In this document: piece by piece, positions 36,901 to 45,572 of the stretch
Position numbering within the stretch: position 1 is the stretch's first letter
Layout of the letters: the number at the start of each line of letters is the position of its first letter
Translations under genes and position numbers: made by a program
The notes under the pieces: generated by a model
What the model was told of the DNA's origin: nothing
Seen by the model: the letters and a program-made list of their open reading frames with translations, nothing else
Databases searched by the model: none
Assembly: GCA_964019425.1 (NCBI GenBank)
Contig: OZ025782.1
Location: forward strand, 806,001-870,000
Source of the DNA: Flectonema sp. DT1601
Lineage: Eukaryota
DNA length: 64,000 nt
Direction: 5' to 3'

Positions 36901-39900
36901 TGAAAACCCTTCCAAAGATATCCATCGAGACACTCTCTGACTTCATTAAGGCATTAGTTAGTGGAACTCTGATAGGAGATCTAAAGCATCAAGGTCCGTA
37001 TTGGTATTCAAACGATCAACTACTCGCTGTAATCAGAGAAGCTTATCCAGACACATCAGATATTAGGAGGTCACTACTGAGTGTTGGGTGTGAGATGAAG
37101 TCGATATTCTCAACGAGGAATTTGGGAGAGTTGGTTAGCGCGATAAGAGGTACTGGACTCAACTCAGCTGATGACTTGAGGAAGGCTTTGAAGAAGGGAA
37201 CGATTGAAGTGGATGGGAAGCCACTATTTAGGAAGCTGATCGTAACGAAGCTCTCCGAATTCCTTGAGGCAGACATTTCAGAACATAACTCACCACCAAA
37301 GAAGAGTGAAGCTTCTGGACACTCTGTGGAATCACTTACTACTCAGTCAGCATCACCTCTTCCTCTTACTCCAGTCAGGGGAACAGAGAAATTCGTTTCT
37401 GATCTGCTCACCTCCGTCCTCGAGAAGTCAGCATCACCTCTTTCTAAGGAACCTCCCGCATCTGAAGTTTCTAAACCAAAACTGGAATTGGAAACACCGT
37501 CGCAGTCCTCCACAACTGAACCCGTGAAGCCTGTAGCAGCCGCACTCTCCGCCATTCTCTCTGCCGCTTCTTCCAACACTGAACTGTTCAAATCCTTTCC
37601 TCTTAATGTTCAGCTGAAAACCCTTCCAAAGATATCCATCGAGACACTCTCTGACTTCATTAAGGCATTAGTTAGTGGAACTCTGATAGGAGATCTAAAG
37701 CATCAAGGTCCGTATTGGTATTCAAATGATCAGCTGCTCGCCGTCATAAGAAATGCATTTCCAAAGCAGTCAGATGTACGCAGGTCAATACTGAGTGTTG
37801 GGTGTGAGATGAAGTCGATGTTCTCAACGAGGAATTTGGGGGACATCGTTGGTGCACTTTTAGGTGCTGGAGTTACTAACGCGGAGGAATTGAAAAAGGC
37901 TTTGAAGGGAACGATTGAAGTGGATGGGAAGCCTCTATTTAGGAAGCTGATCGCAACGAGACTTTCGGAATTCCTTGAGGCAGATATTTCTACGGTGAAA
38001 TTGACTCCAACAATAGAAGTTAGAAAGATTATGGAACCGAAGCACGAAGGTCCTAAACTTGAATTACAATCGCAGTCCTCCACAACTGAACCTGTGAAGC
38101 CTGTAGCAGCAGCACTCTCTGCCATTCTCTCTGCCGCTTCTTCCAACACTGAACTGTTCAGATCCTTTCCTCTTAATGTTCAGCTGAAAACCCTTCCAAA
38201 GATATCCATCGAGACACTCTCTGACTTCATTAAGGCATTAGTTAGTGGAACTCTGATAGGAGATCTAAAGCATCAAGGTCCGTATTGGTATTCAAACGAT
38301 CAACTACTCGCTGTAATCAGAGAAGCTTATCCAGACACATCAGATATTAGAAGGTCACTACTGAGTGTTGGGTGTGAGATGAAGTCGATATTCTCAACGA
38401 GAAATTTGGGAGAGTTGGTTAGTGCGATAAGAGGTACTGGACTCAACTCAGCTGATGACTTGAGGAAGGCTTTGAAGAAGGGAACGATTGAAGTGGATGG
38501 GAAGCCACTATTTAGGAAGCTGATCGTAACGAAGCTCTCCGAATTCCTTGAGGCAGATGGACACTCTGTGGAATCACTTACTACTCCTGTCAGGGGAACA
38601 GAGAAATTTGTTGCTGATCTGCTCACTTCCGTCCTTGAGAAGTCAGCATCACCTCTTTCAAAGGAACCTCCCGCATCTGAAGTTTCTAACCCAAAACAGG
38701 GATTAAAAATGCTGTCGCAGTCCTCTACAACGAAATCACTAACTACTCCTGTCCGGGGAACAGAAAAATTCGTTGCTAACCTGCTTGCCTCCGTCCTCGA
38801 GAAGACAGCAGTTCATTCTAAGGAGCCTCTCGCATCTGAAGCTGCTAAATTAAAACAGGAACTGGAAATGCAGTCAGAATCTTCTACAACTGAATTAATT
38901 ACTACTCCTGTCAAGGGAACAGAGAAATTCGTTGCTGATCTGCTCACCTCCGTCCTTGAGAAGTCAGCATCACCTCTTTCAAAGGAACGTCCCGCATCTG
39001 AAGTTTCTAACCCAAAACAGGGATTAGAAATGCTTTCGCAGTCCTCCACAACGAAATCACTAACTACTCCTGTCCGGGGAACAGAGAAATTCGTTGCTGA
39101 CCTGCTTGCCTCCGTCCTCGAGAAGACAGCAGTTCATTCTAAGGAGCCTCTCGCATCTGAAGCTGCTAAATTAAAACAGGAACTGGAAATGCAGTCAGAA
39201 TCTTCTACAACTGAATTAATTACTACTCCTGTCAGGGGAACAGAGAAATTCGTTGCTGATCTGCTCACCTCCGTCCTCGAGAAGTCAGCAGCAGCTCATT
39301 CTGAGGAGCCTCTTGTGTCTGAAGTTTCTAAACTAAAACAGGAACTAGAAATGCAGTCAGAATATTCCACTACTCCTCCTGTCCGGGGAACAGAGAAATT
39401 TGTTGCTGATCTGCTCACCTCCGTCCTCGAGAAGTCAGCATCACCTCTTTCTAAAGAACGTCCCGCATCTGAAGTTTCTAACCTAAAACAGGGATTAGAA
39501 ATGCTGTCGCAGTCCTCTACAACGAAATCACTAACTACTCCTGTCCGGGGAACAGAGAAATTCGTTGCTGACCTGCTTGCCTCCGTCCTCGAGAAGACAG
39601 CAGTTCATTCTAAAGAGCCTCTCGCATCTGAAGCTGCTAAATTAAAACAGGAACTGAAAATGCAGTCAGAATCTTCTACAACTGAATTAATTACTACTCC
39701 TGTCAGGGGAACAGAGAAATTCGTTGCTGATCTGCTCACCTCCGTCCTCGAGAAGTCAGCATCACCTCTTTCAAAGGAACGTCCCGCATCTGAAGTTTCT
39801 AAACTAAAACAGGAACTGAAAATGCAGTCGCAGTCCTCCACAACTGAACCCGTGAAGCCTGTAGCAGCAGCACTCTCCGCCATTCTCTCCGCCGCTTCTT

Positions 39901-42428
39901 CCAAGACCGACCTGTTCAAGCTTTTTCCTTTTAATGTTCAGCTGAAAACCCTTCCAAAGATATCCATCGAGACACTCTCTGACTTCATTAAGGCATTAGT
40001 TAGTGGAACTCTGATAGGAGATCTAAAGCATCAAGGTCCGTATTGGTATTCAAATGATCAACTACTCGCTGTAATCAGAGAAGCTTATCCAGACACATCA
40101 GATATTAGAAGGTCACTACTGAGTGTTGGGTGTGAGATGAAGTCGATATTCTCAACGAGAAATTTGGGAGAGTTGGTTAGTGCGATAAGAGGTACTGGAC
40201 ACAACTCAGCTGATGACTTGAGGAAGGCTTTGAAGAAGGGAACGATTGAAGTGGATGGGAAGCCACTATTTAGGAAGCTGATCGTAACGAAGCTCTCCGA
40301 ATTCCTTGAGGCAGACATTTCAGAACATAACTCAGCACCAAAGAAGAGTGAAGCTTCTGGACACTCTGTGGAATCACTTACTACTCAGTCAGCATCACCT
40401 CTTTCTAAGGAGCCTCCCGCGTCTGAAGTTTCTAAACCAAAACTGGAATTGGAAACACAGTCGCAGTCCTCCGCAACTGAACCCGTGAAGCCTGTAGCAG
40501 CAGCACTCTCTGCCATTCTCTCCGCCGCTTCTTCCAACACCGAACTGTTCAAATCCTTTCCTTTTAATGTTCAGCTGAAAACCCTTCCAAAGATATCCAT
40601 CGAGACACTCTCTGACTTCATTAAGGCATTAGTTAGTGGAACTCTGATAGGAGATCTAAAGCATCAAGGTCCGTATTGGTATTCAAACGATCAACTACTC
40701 GCTGTAATCAGAGAAGCTTATCCAGACACATCAGATATTAGGAGGTCACTACTGAGTGTTGGGTGTGAGATGAAGTCGATATTCTCAGCGAGGAATTTGG
40801 GAGAGTTAGTTAGTGCGATAAGAGGTACTGGACACAACTCAGCTGATGACTTGAGGAAGGCTTTGAAGAAGGGAACGATTGAAGTGGATGGGAAGCCACT
40901 ATTTAGGAAGCTGATCGCAACGAAGCTCTCCGAATTCCTTGAGGAGGACCTCAGTAGTGAAGAAGAAGAGAAAAGTAGCAAGTCAGTTGATGAGAGTTCT
41001 ATGAAGTCAGACTCATGTCGGAAGATAGAAGAAGAGACAAACCATCTCCGTAATGAAAATATTGAAATCGATAAAGAAGAAAGTATCATTCAGACATCAC
41101 ATGTGAGTAGTAAAGAAGAGGAAGTTATTTCAAGTGAGGAAGTGTTGGAAGTTCATAATCACACGGAAGAAGAAGTCGGTAAATCGAGTGAACAAGAAGA
41201 TGAAGAGAATGAATCACAAGGAACCGATACAGACGGCAGCTCATCTGAAATAAAAGGTGAGCCAAATATAGTGAAGTCTGAATTGCTGGAAAATGAGGTA
41301 GTTTCTGACGAAGAGATTAACGAAACTTCAGAAGAAGTGAGAAAGGTCCAAAAGATTCATGAAAATGTTCCTTTGATTACCAAACTGAGAGATACATTCC
41401 CTGAGGAACTCTTTGGCAGTGAGTCCCCAACTGCCGCTGCCGGACAGAATCAGCACAGCAGACATCGAAGGAGATTTCTGGACAAAACAAACTTAAGAAA
41501 CAAGACTGAGTCGGCGCTGAAGAAATTTGCAGATTGCGCGGTGAAAGAAGAAGAATTTAAGCCCAAACTTCCAGAGCAGGCTGAGTTGGTACCTGCCCCA
41601 AGGTTTGTTCAACCAAAGAGGCCGCCAATGTACGGAAGAATGCCAAAACCCATCTCACCGATGAACAGAAGTGATGATACTGATCTGTCACAGCTTTACC
41701 AACAACATGAAACATACGTACACCACACTTCACCTCTAAGAGGGTCTCCATTTAGGCCTCGTGCCAGTCCTTCTCGCTCAATCACTCCTACTAGAAGACA
41801 AATTCTACTTCTGGGAACTGATAACGGATTAGCTAAGGAACCCACACCTGAAGAACACAATTGGCGTAAAACTGTAGAATCAGTTGGTAGGTTGGGTGAA
41901 ATCAACGCAGCCATCGCGGCAGAGATGAAACAATTGAAATCACTCGAAGCCGAAAGACGAGCCTATGAAGAAAGTCATGATGTAAATGTTGAAGTGAGAG
42001 ATGCTGAAGTTAGAGAACTCAGTTACATCCACCGTCAGGTTTACCCAACGAGCCGAAGTAATGCTGCGGTCATATCGGCGAGGAGTATCTCACCAACACG
42101 ACCGTTACTTGAGCGTCAGAAACAAGCACCTGACGTACAACGGCAGCAGATTGCTCATCCACAGCAATGGAGTGCTAGTCCGCAACGGCAGATTGCTCAT
42201 CCACAACAGCGGGGTGTTAGTCTACAACGGCAGATTGCTCATCCACAACAGCGGGGTGTTAGTCTGCAACGGCAGATTGCTCATCCACAACAGCGGGGTG
42301 CCAGTCCACAACAAGATGGGGAAGTACTTGAACAAATGTTCAACAACTTTGAAGCAAAAATACTCTTCGTAGAACAAACAATTGACAAACAAGAAAAACA
42401 GCAGCACCAAGAACCTTTCATAATGTGA
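30978..42428 (+). CDS. Giant repetitive protein of unknown function (3816 aa)
   Basis: Uninterrupted 11.45-kb ORF, first ATG 30978; 14 copies of a ~145-aa domain, a ~53-aa repeat block, an acidic region, and a C-terminal coiled coil with 14-aa repeats. Confidence 0.85.
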   Translation: MSEGDSPLFWGRQSTETFREQLLRMGSDVMKSELLPSPSESTASSSDAEHFDPNFKIVLQQAFNEDRLLFSQFPVETQINVLVQISVTDQQQMISAIACNSLVSTLKSRGPYWYTDDHVLAVIKHLQLPSDLEALLLSVGWLYPELFASTKFNQLVSALQDIGIKSASALLTSIVKKEKLESFGTELISPTLRQQITSFANTGKVHLPTAVDVSSKTCDAKLRKILSAASSNTELFKSFPFNVQLKTLPKISIETLSDFIKALVSGTLTGDLKHQGPYWYSNDQLLAVIREAYPDTSDIRRSLLSVGCEMKSLFAVRSLGEIISILRSAGVDTSHKLLTALNDGIVVNEKPLFRKIIANKLRDFLEIELEVTIPQVQLPTRERPAGGGTQIPIQNMSSTTSSVAAPLSAILSAASSNTKLFKSFPFNVQLKTLPKISIETLSDFIKALVSGTLIGDLKHQGPYWYSNDQLLAVIREAYPDTSDIRRSLLSVGCEMKSIFSTRNLGELVSAIRGTGLNSADDLRKALKKGTIEVDGKPLFRKLIATKLSEFLEADISEHNSAPKKSEASGHSVESLTTQSASPLSKEPPASEVSKPKLELETQSQSSTTEPVKPVAAALSAILSAASSKTELFKSFPFNVQLKTLPKISIETLSDFIKALVSGTLIGDLKHQGPYWYSNAQLLAVIREAYPDTSDIRRSLLSVGCEMKSIFSTRNLGELVSAIRGTGLNSADDLRKALKKGTIEVDGKPLFRKLIVTKLSEFLEADISEHNSAPKKSEASGHSVESLTTPVRGTEKFVSDLLTSVLEKSASPLSKERPASEVSNPKRELETQSQSSTTEPVKPVAAALSAILSAASSNTELFKSFPLNVQLKTLPKISIETLSDFIKALVSGTLIGDLKHQGPYWYSNEQLLAIMRISFPDKLDLRRSLLCVGCEMKSIFSGKSLGELISTLKGIGISTAEELRRELNKKNVEVNGKQLFRKLITTKLLQFFQSDGLNSRSSASELKKRLQPLITSSNTLIMSPNLSSIISEVALSDERLFATFPSEIQLQTLPKVNINSVDDFLFSVMTGTLISKMNQVSTYQYTDEQVLCLIQRIFPIQDLRRSLLCVGHVERSLFENSYSLSEYLKLLRAVGISKNVHLLRELHLKGSPEVNGKPLFNEQLASKLTKFLESDLPQYLLDAAASEECKSPLPMTPSSLKRKSFPSSKVTKFSSEPTDVLMLTPPEPPNLSFLKSESSETDVSSSLVELSLKNSSQSVSTIPTSTTEKTVAAALSGILSAASSNTELFKSFPFNVQLKTLPKISIETLSDFIKALVSGTLIGDLKHQGPYWYSNDQLLAVIREAYPDTSDIRRSLLSVGCEMKSIFSTRNLGELVSAIRGTGHNSADDLRKALKKGTIEVDGKPLFRKLIVTKLSEFLEADISEHNSAPKKSEASGHSVESLTTQSASPLSKEPPASEVSKPKRELETQSQSSTTEPVKPVAAALSAILSAASSNTELFKSFPLNVQLKTLPKISIETLSDFIKALVSGTLIGDLKHQGPYWYSNDQLLAVIREAYPDTSDIRRSLLSVGCEMKSIFSTRNLGELVSAIRGTGLNSADDLRKALKKGTIEVDGKPLFRKLIVTKLSEFLEADISEHNSALKKSEASGHSVESLTTQSASPLPLTPVRGTEKFVSDLLTSVLEKSASPLSKEPPASEVSKPKLELETQSQSSTTEPVKPVAAALSAILSAASSNTELFKSFPLNVQLKTLPKISIETLSDFIKALVSGTLIGDLKHQGPYWYSNDQLLAVIREAYPDTSDIRRSLLSVGCEMKSIFSTRNLGELVSAIRGTGLNSADDLRKALKKGTIEVDGKPLFRKLIVTKLSEFLEADISEHNSAPKKSEASGHSVESLTTPVRGTEKFVADLLTSVLEKSASPLSKEPPASEVSKPKRELETQSQSSATEPVKPVAAALSAILSAASSNTELFKSFPFNVQLKTLPKISIETLSDFIKALVSGTLIGDLKHQGPYWYSNDQLLAVIREAYPDTSDIRRSLLSVGCEMKSIFSTRNLGELVSAIRGTGLNSADDLRKALKKGTIEVDGKPLFRKLIVTKLSEFLEADISEHNSPPKKSEASGHSVESLTTQSASPLPLTPVRGTEKFVSDLLTSVLEKSASPLSKEPPASEVSKPKLELETPSQSSTTEPVKPVAAALSAILSAASSNTELFKSFPLNVQLKTLPKISIETLSDFIKALVSGTLIGDLKHQGPYWYSNDQLLAVIRNAFPKQSDVRRSILSVGCEMKSMFSTRNLGDIVGALLGAGVTNAEELKKALKGTIEVDGKPLFRKLIATRLSEFLEADISTVKLTPTIEVRKIMEPKHEGPKLELQSQSSTTEPVKPVAAALSAILSAASSNTELFRSFPLNVQLKTLPKISIETLSDFIKALVSGTLIGDLKHQGPYWYSNDQLLAVIREAYPDTSDIRRSLLSVGCEMKSIFSTRNLGELVSAIRGTGLNSADDLRKALKKGTIEVDGKPLFRKLIVTKLSEFLEADGHSVESLTTPVRGTEKFVADLLTSVLEKSASPLSKEPPASEVSNPKQGLKMLSQSSTTKSLTTPVRGTEKFVANLLASVLEKTAVHSKEPLASEAAKLKQELEMQSESSTTELITTPVKGTEKFVADLLTSVLEKSASPLSKERPASEVSNPKQGLEMLSQSSTTKSLTTPVRGTEKFVADLLASVLEKTAVHSKEPLASEAAKLKQELEMQSESSTTELITTPVRGTEKFVADLLTSVLEKSAAAHSEEPLVSEVSKLKQELEMQSEYSTTPPVRGTEKFVADLLTSVLEKSASPLSKERPASEVSNLKQGLEMLSQSSTTKSLTTPVRGTEKFVADLLASVLEKTAVHSKEPLASEAAKLKQELKMQSESSTTELITTPVRGTEKFVADLLTSVLEKSASPLSKERPASEVSKLKQELKMQSQSSTTEPVKPVAAALSAILSAASSKTDLFKLFPFNVQLKTLPKISIETLSDFIKALVSGTLIGDLKHQGPYWYSNDQLLAVIREAYPDTSDIRRSLLSVGCEMKSIFSTRNLGELVSAIRGTGHNSADDLRKALKKGTIEVDGKPLFRKLIVTKLSEFLEADISEHNSAPKKSEASGHSVESLTTQSASPLSKEPPASEVSKPKLELETQSQSSATEPVKPVAAALSAILSAASSNTELFKSFPFNVQLKTLPKISIETLSDFIKALVSGTLIGDLKHQGPYWYSNDQLLAVIREAYPDTSDIRRSLLSVGCEMKSIFSARNLGELVSAIRGTGHNSADDLRKALKKGTIEVDGKPLFRKLIATKLSEFLEEDLSSEEEEKSSKSVDESSMKSDSCRKIEEETNHLRNENIEIDKEESIIQTSHVSSKEEEVISSEEVLEVHNHTEEEVGKSSEQEDEENESQGTDTDGSSSEIKGEPNIVKSELLENEVVSDEEINETSEEVRKVQKIHENVPLITKLRDTFPEELFGSESPTAAAGQNQHSRHRRRFLDKTNLRNKTESALKKFADCAVKEEEFKPKLPEQAELVPAPRFVQPKRPPMYGRMPKPISPMNRSDDTDLSQLYQQHETYVHHTSPLRGSPFRPRASPSRSITPTRRQILLLGTDNGLAKEPTPEEHNWRKTVESVGRLGEINAAIAAEMKQLKSLEAERRAYEESHDVNVEVRDAEVRELSYIHRQVYPTSRSNAAVISARSISPTRPLLERQKQAPDVQRQQIAHPQQWSASPQRQIAHPQQRGVSLQRQIAHPQQRGVSLQRQIAHPQQRGASPQQDGEVLEQMFNNFEAKILFVEQTIDKQEKQQHQEPFIM
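31640..40945 (+). repeat. Intragenic repeat array, ~630-715 nt units (domain plus variable linker)
   Basis: gcatcaaggtccgtattggtattc (HQGPYWYS) recurs 12 times, near 31800, 32350, 32985, 33670, 34950, 35585, 36300, 36985, 37700, 38270, 40030, 40660. Confidence 0.95.
38580..39850 (+). repeat. Tandem array of eight ~160-nt (~53-aa) units, mostly alternating A/B variants
   Basis: PV(R/K)GTEKFVA(D/N)LL(T/A)SVLEK occurs 8 times in tandem, followed mostly by alternating SASPLSKE or TAVHSKE. Confidence 0.92.
42138..42310 (+). repeat. 42-nt coding minisatellite, 4 copies (QRQIAHPQQRGVSL-type)
   Basis: cagattgctcatccaca repeated four times at 42-nt spacing. Confidence 0.9.
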
Positions 42429-42905
42429 TCCTTTTATTGATCCTTCTCTCAGCATTCTCAAAACTTAGTTGACTGAGTAAGTTAATACTGACTCATGTTT
42501 TGGATAACTTGCAGTGATGTCTTTCCAGATTATTTTATTTTATTTTATTTTACTTTACGTTAATTTGTATCTAGTTAGTCAAGGCCGTATTCTAAGTAAG
42601 TAAATCTGTAACACGAAAAGAAAAAAACGAAAAAGATCGAATTGTGGAGCACGAACGCTTGTTCTTTTCCAAAATAAATTGTATTTTTTTTTTGTTCGTT
42701 GCTTTTTATTTGTTTGTAGCAACCAGAATTGTTAGAAAAATAGATTTGGAAGGCGGCAATAGAAATTAAGCAACTAACACATATTTACAATATTCTTTAC
42801 CACACGCAGGTTATTAGTAAACACAAACAGGTTATTGAGGTGCTCTTTTTGTTTGTAGCATTTCTCAAATATCAAATCATTAATTGAACTCAGCAGCAAA
42901 ATAAA

Positions 42906-45572
42906 ATGGCAGCTATCCGCGATGGTGTAAACGCCTGCCTGCGCTCCAATGACCCGGAGGGGGATCCAGGAGCGATTTTTTCGCTCGCAAAATTGTGTCA
43001 AAATGGATACAGCAGACAAGTACTGGAAGAGGTAAAGAAACCCTTAAAGGATCACACTAATCCTGGTGCGCAATATAAAATGTTGATGTTGTTGGAGCAG
43101 CTGGCAACAAACGGCTGCTGGGCATTCAGAAACAACTTGTCAACAGACAAGTGGATGAATCGACTGATTGAGATAGCGAAGAGGACTGAGAACACAGCGA
43201 TTAAAGAAAAGATTCCTCAAATGATTGTTAATTGGGATTATCTTTATCAAAAAGAAGGTCACTTTGGATTCAGAACATTTGGAACGTCACTCCTACAGGG
43301 GTCTCGATCACTGAAGTACCCTGCTCCTAGTGTTGTTGCTGCTCAGTCATTCGGACAATCTAGACCTCAGGCGGGGTACTCTACACAACCTCCTTCAGTA
43401 GTTCAACCGTTGAGTTCGAGTTTCAATTCAGCTTCTTCCTCTGTGTCAGGATCAGTGAAGGCACCAGTTTCTGCAGGTTATGGTACAAAGACATCTGCAT
43501 CAGCTGGTTCAAGACCTCATTCACCAAATACTGGAATGGGTCTGAGAATGAACAGAGATCAGATTGAAAGGTTCTTAATGACAGTAAATGATAACCTCGA
43601 TGAGTTCAACAGTGAGTTAGAAATACTACTTCAAGGAATTGGTGGTATTGAAGCGAGAGAAGACTTTCCTCTCTACAAAACGCTTCAAGAGAATGCAATT
43701 AGAATAGAGGAATGCCGAGGTCAGGGAAATCACACTTATGACTTAACTGAAGCCCTCGAGAAGGCGAGTGATAATGTTGGGTGGGCATTAAAACTGTACC
43801 GCGACTACTTACAGTCTCAGAAACCAGTCGACGACTCACCTGCCGATGGCAAGACACTCAATCCGTCGGCAATGATTTCGGGAGCATCGATGAATCAGGC
43901 GATTGAGGAGTTGGAACGTCTTCGTGTGGAATTACGTCAGAAGGATGAAAATGAGCAGCGACTCACAAGAGAAGTCGATCGCCTGACGGGTGAAAATGAG
44001 TTGCTCCGCTCTCAAGGTGGTGGTGGTGGGGGAGGAGACTCAACAATCGTCCCAGTGGTAGCAGCGATTTCGACGAGCGGCGAGAAGATTCCCCCAAAAG
44101 TTGTCGCAGCCCTCCGCTGTCACAAGAAGCAGAGCGAAATTGCCATCAACCGCGCTCGCGGTTTCAAGAACGAAATTAAAGACAAATATCGGGAGTTTAT
44201 GGAGCACATGGACTCTAACTTCACGCAATGCATTGATAAGATGGCAATCATCGCCAAGCGTCCTAACAACGAGGCGCTCATTAAGAAGCTTCAGGAAGAC
44301 TACCTCAAAGAGATGCGTCTCCGAAAGCAATATTACAACAAGATTCAAGAACTTCGTGGTAACATTCGAGTGTTCTGCAGAGTACGTCCTCTTAACAACA
44401 AAGAGATTACTGAGCACAAGGCTGTCAATGTTTGTAACTACAAGGATGATGATGAGGTATGCTGTTGTTCTTTTTTTTATCCACATTAGTTACGAGGAGG
44501 TGGTTGTTCTACTGGTTGTTTGAGCATAATGGAACTTTTCTGAGTAAAATAAAATAATAAACGAAAAAACAGATTGTTATCAGCGATGAGAACGCTCGTA
44601 CTAAACACAAGAAGTTTGACTTCGACAGAGTTTACAATCCTTCAGAATCTCAGGAAGCAGTCTTTAAGGATACTTCACCTCTTATCGAATCAGTGATTGA
44701 TGGTTACAATGTTTGTATCTTTGCTTACGGTCAGACAGGAAGTGGTAAGACGTACACCATGGAAGGACCTCCAGAGAATCCGGGTGTTAACACTCGTGCT
44801 CTAACAAGACTTTTTGATATTATTGAAGAGAAGAGAGAGAGTGAGTCAATTACTGTTCGTCTTTCAATTCTTGAGATTTACAACGAGAAGATTAAGGATC
44901 TCTTAGTAGAACCAGCTGTTGTCGCAAAGACTTCATACGAAGTTAAGACTGGAGGAGACACTGGTAACTACGTTTCTAACTTAACCACTCAAGACGTCAC
45001 ATCTCTACATGATATTGAAAGGTGGGGTGCTATTGCTCACAAGAATAGATCTCAAGCAAAGACCAGTATGAATGAACACAGTAGTAGAAGTCATATGTTG
45101 TTATACTTTGTGGTATGTTATTATATTATTACACTTCTTAGTAACTATTAAATATTTGGTAGACTTTCGTAATGAACTGAAATAACAAATACAGGTCCGC
45201 ACTGAAAACATTGCAACCGGAAACAAATGTTACGGAAAGTTGTCTTTGATTGACTTAGCAGGCAGTGAGAGATTAAAGAAGTCACACGCTGAGGGACAAG
45301 CTGCTGAGGAAGCGAAGTTCATTAACAAGTCGTTGAGCGCATTGGGTGAGACTATTGCTGCGCTGTCTGGAAACTCGAAGCACATTCCATTCAGAAACAG
45401 TAAGTTGACATTCTTGTTGCAGGACTCACTTTCTGGTAATTCGAAGGTGCTGATGTTCGCAAACATCTCACCAGCCGATTACAACACAACGGAAACCATT
45501 TCAACTCTTAACTTCGCTGATAAGGCTCGCAACACTGCGTTAGGAATGGCAACAAAGAATAAAGGTAACTAA
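42906..45572 (+). CDS. KIFC1: Kinesin-14 (C-terminal motor) with N-terminal VHS and probable GAT domain, trypanosomatid KIFC1-like (822 aa, 3 exons)
   Basis: Neck [25 protein letters not shown]-loop [33 protein letters not shown]. Exons 42906-44456, 44573-45112, 45195-45572. N-terminus has a VHS pattern ([31 protein letters not shown]). Confidence 0.9.

Noticed and set aside
31640..40945. CRISPR-like or transposon array
   Set aside because: Units are hundreds of nt long, stay in one reading frame, and have no unique spacers, cas genes, transposase or terminal repeats.
31355..41089. Many repeated minus-strand and alternate-frame ORFs
   Set aside because: Shadows of the giant repeat CDS; they recur only because the DNA repeats.
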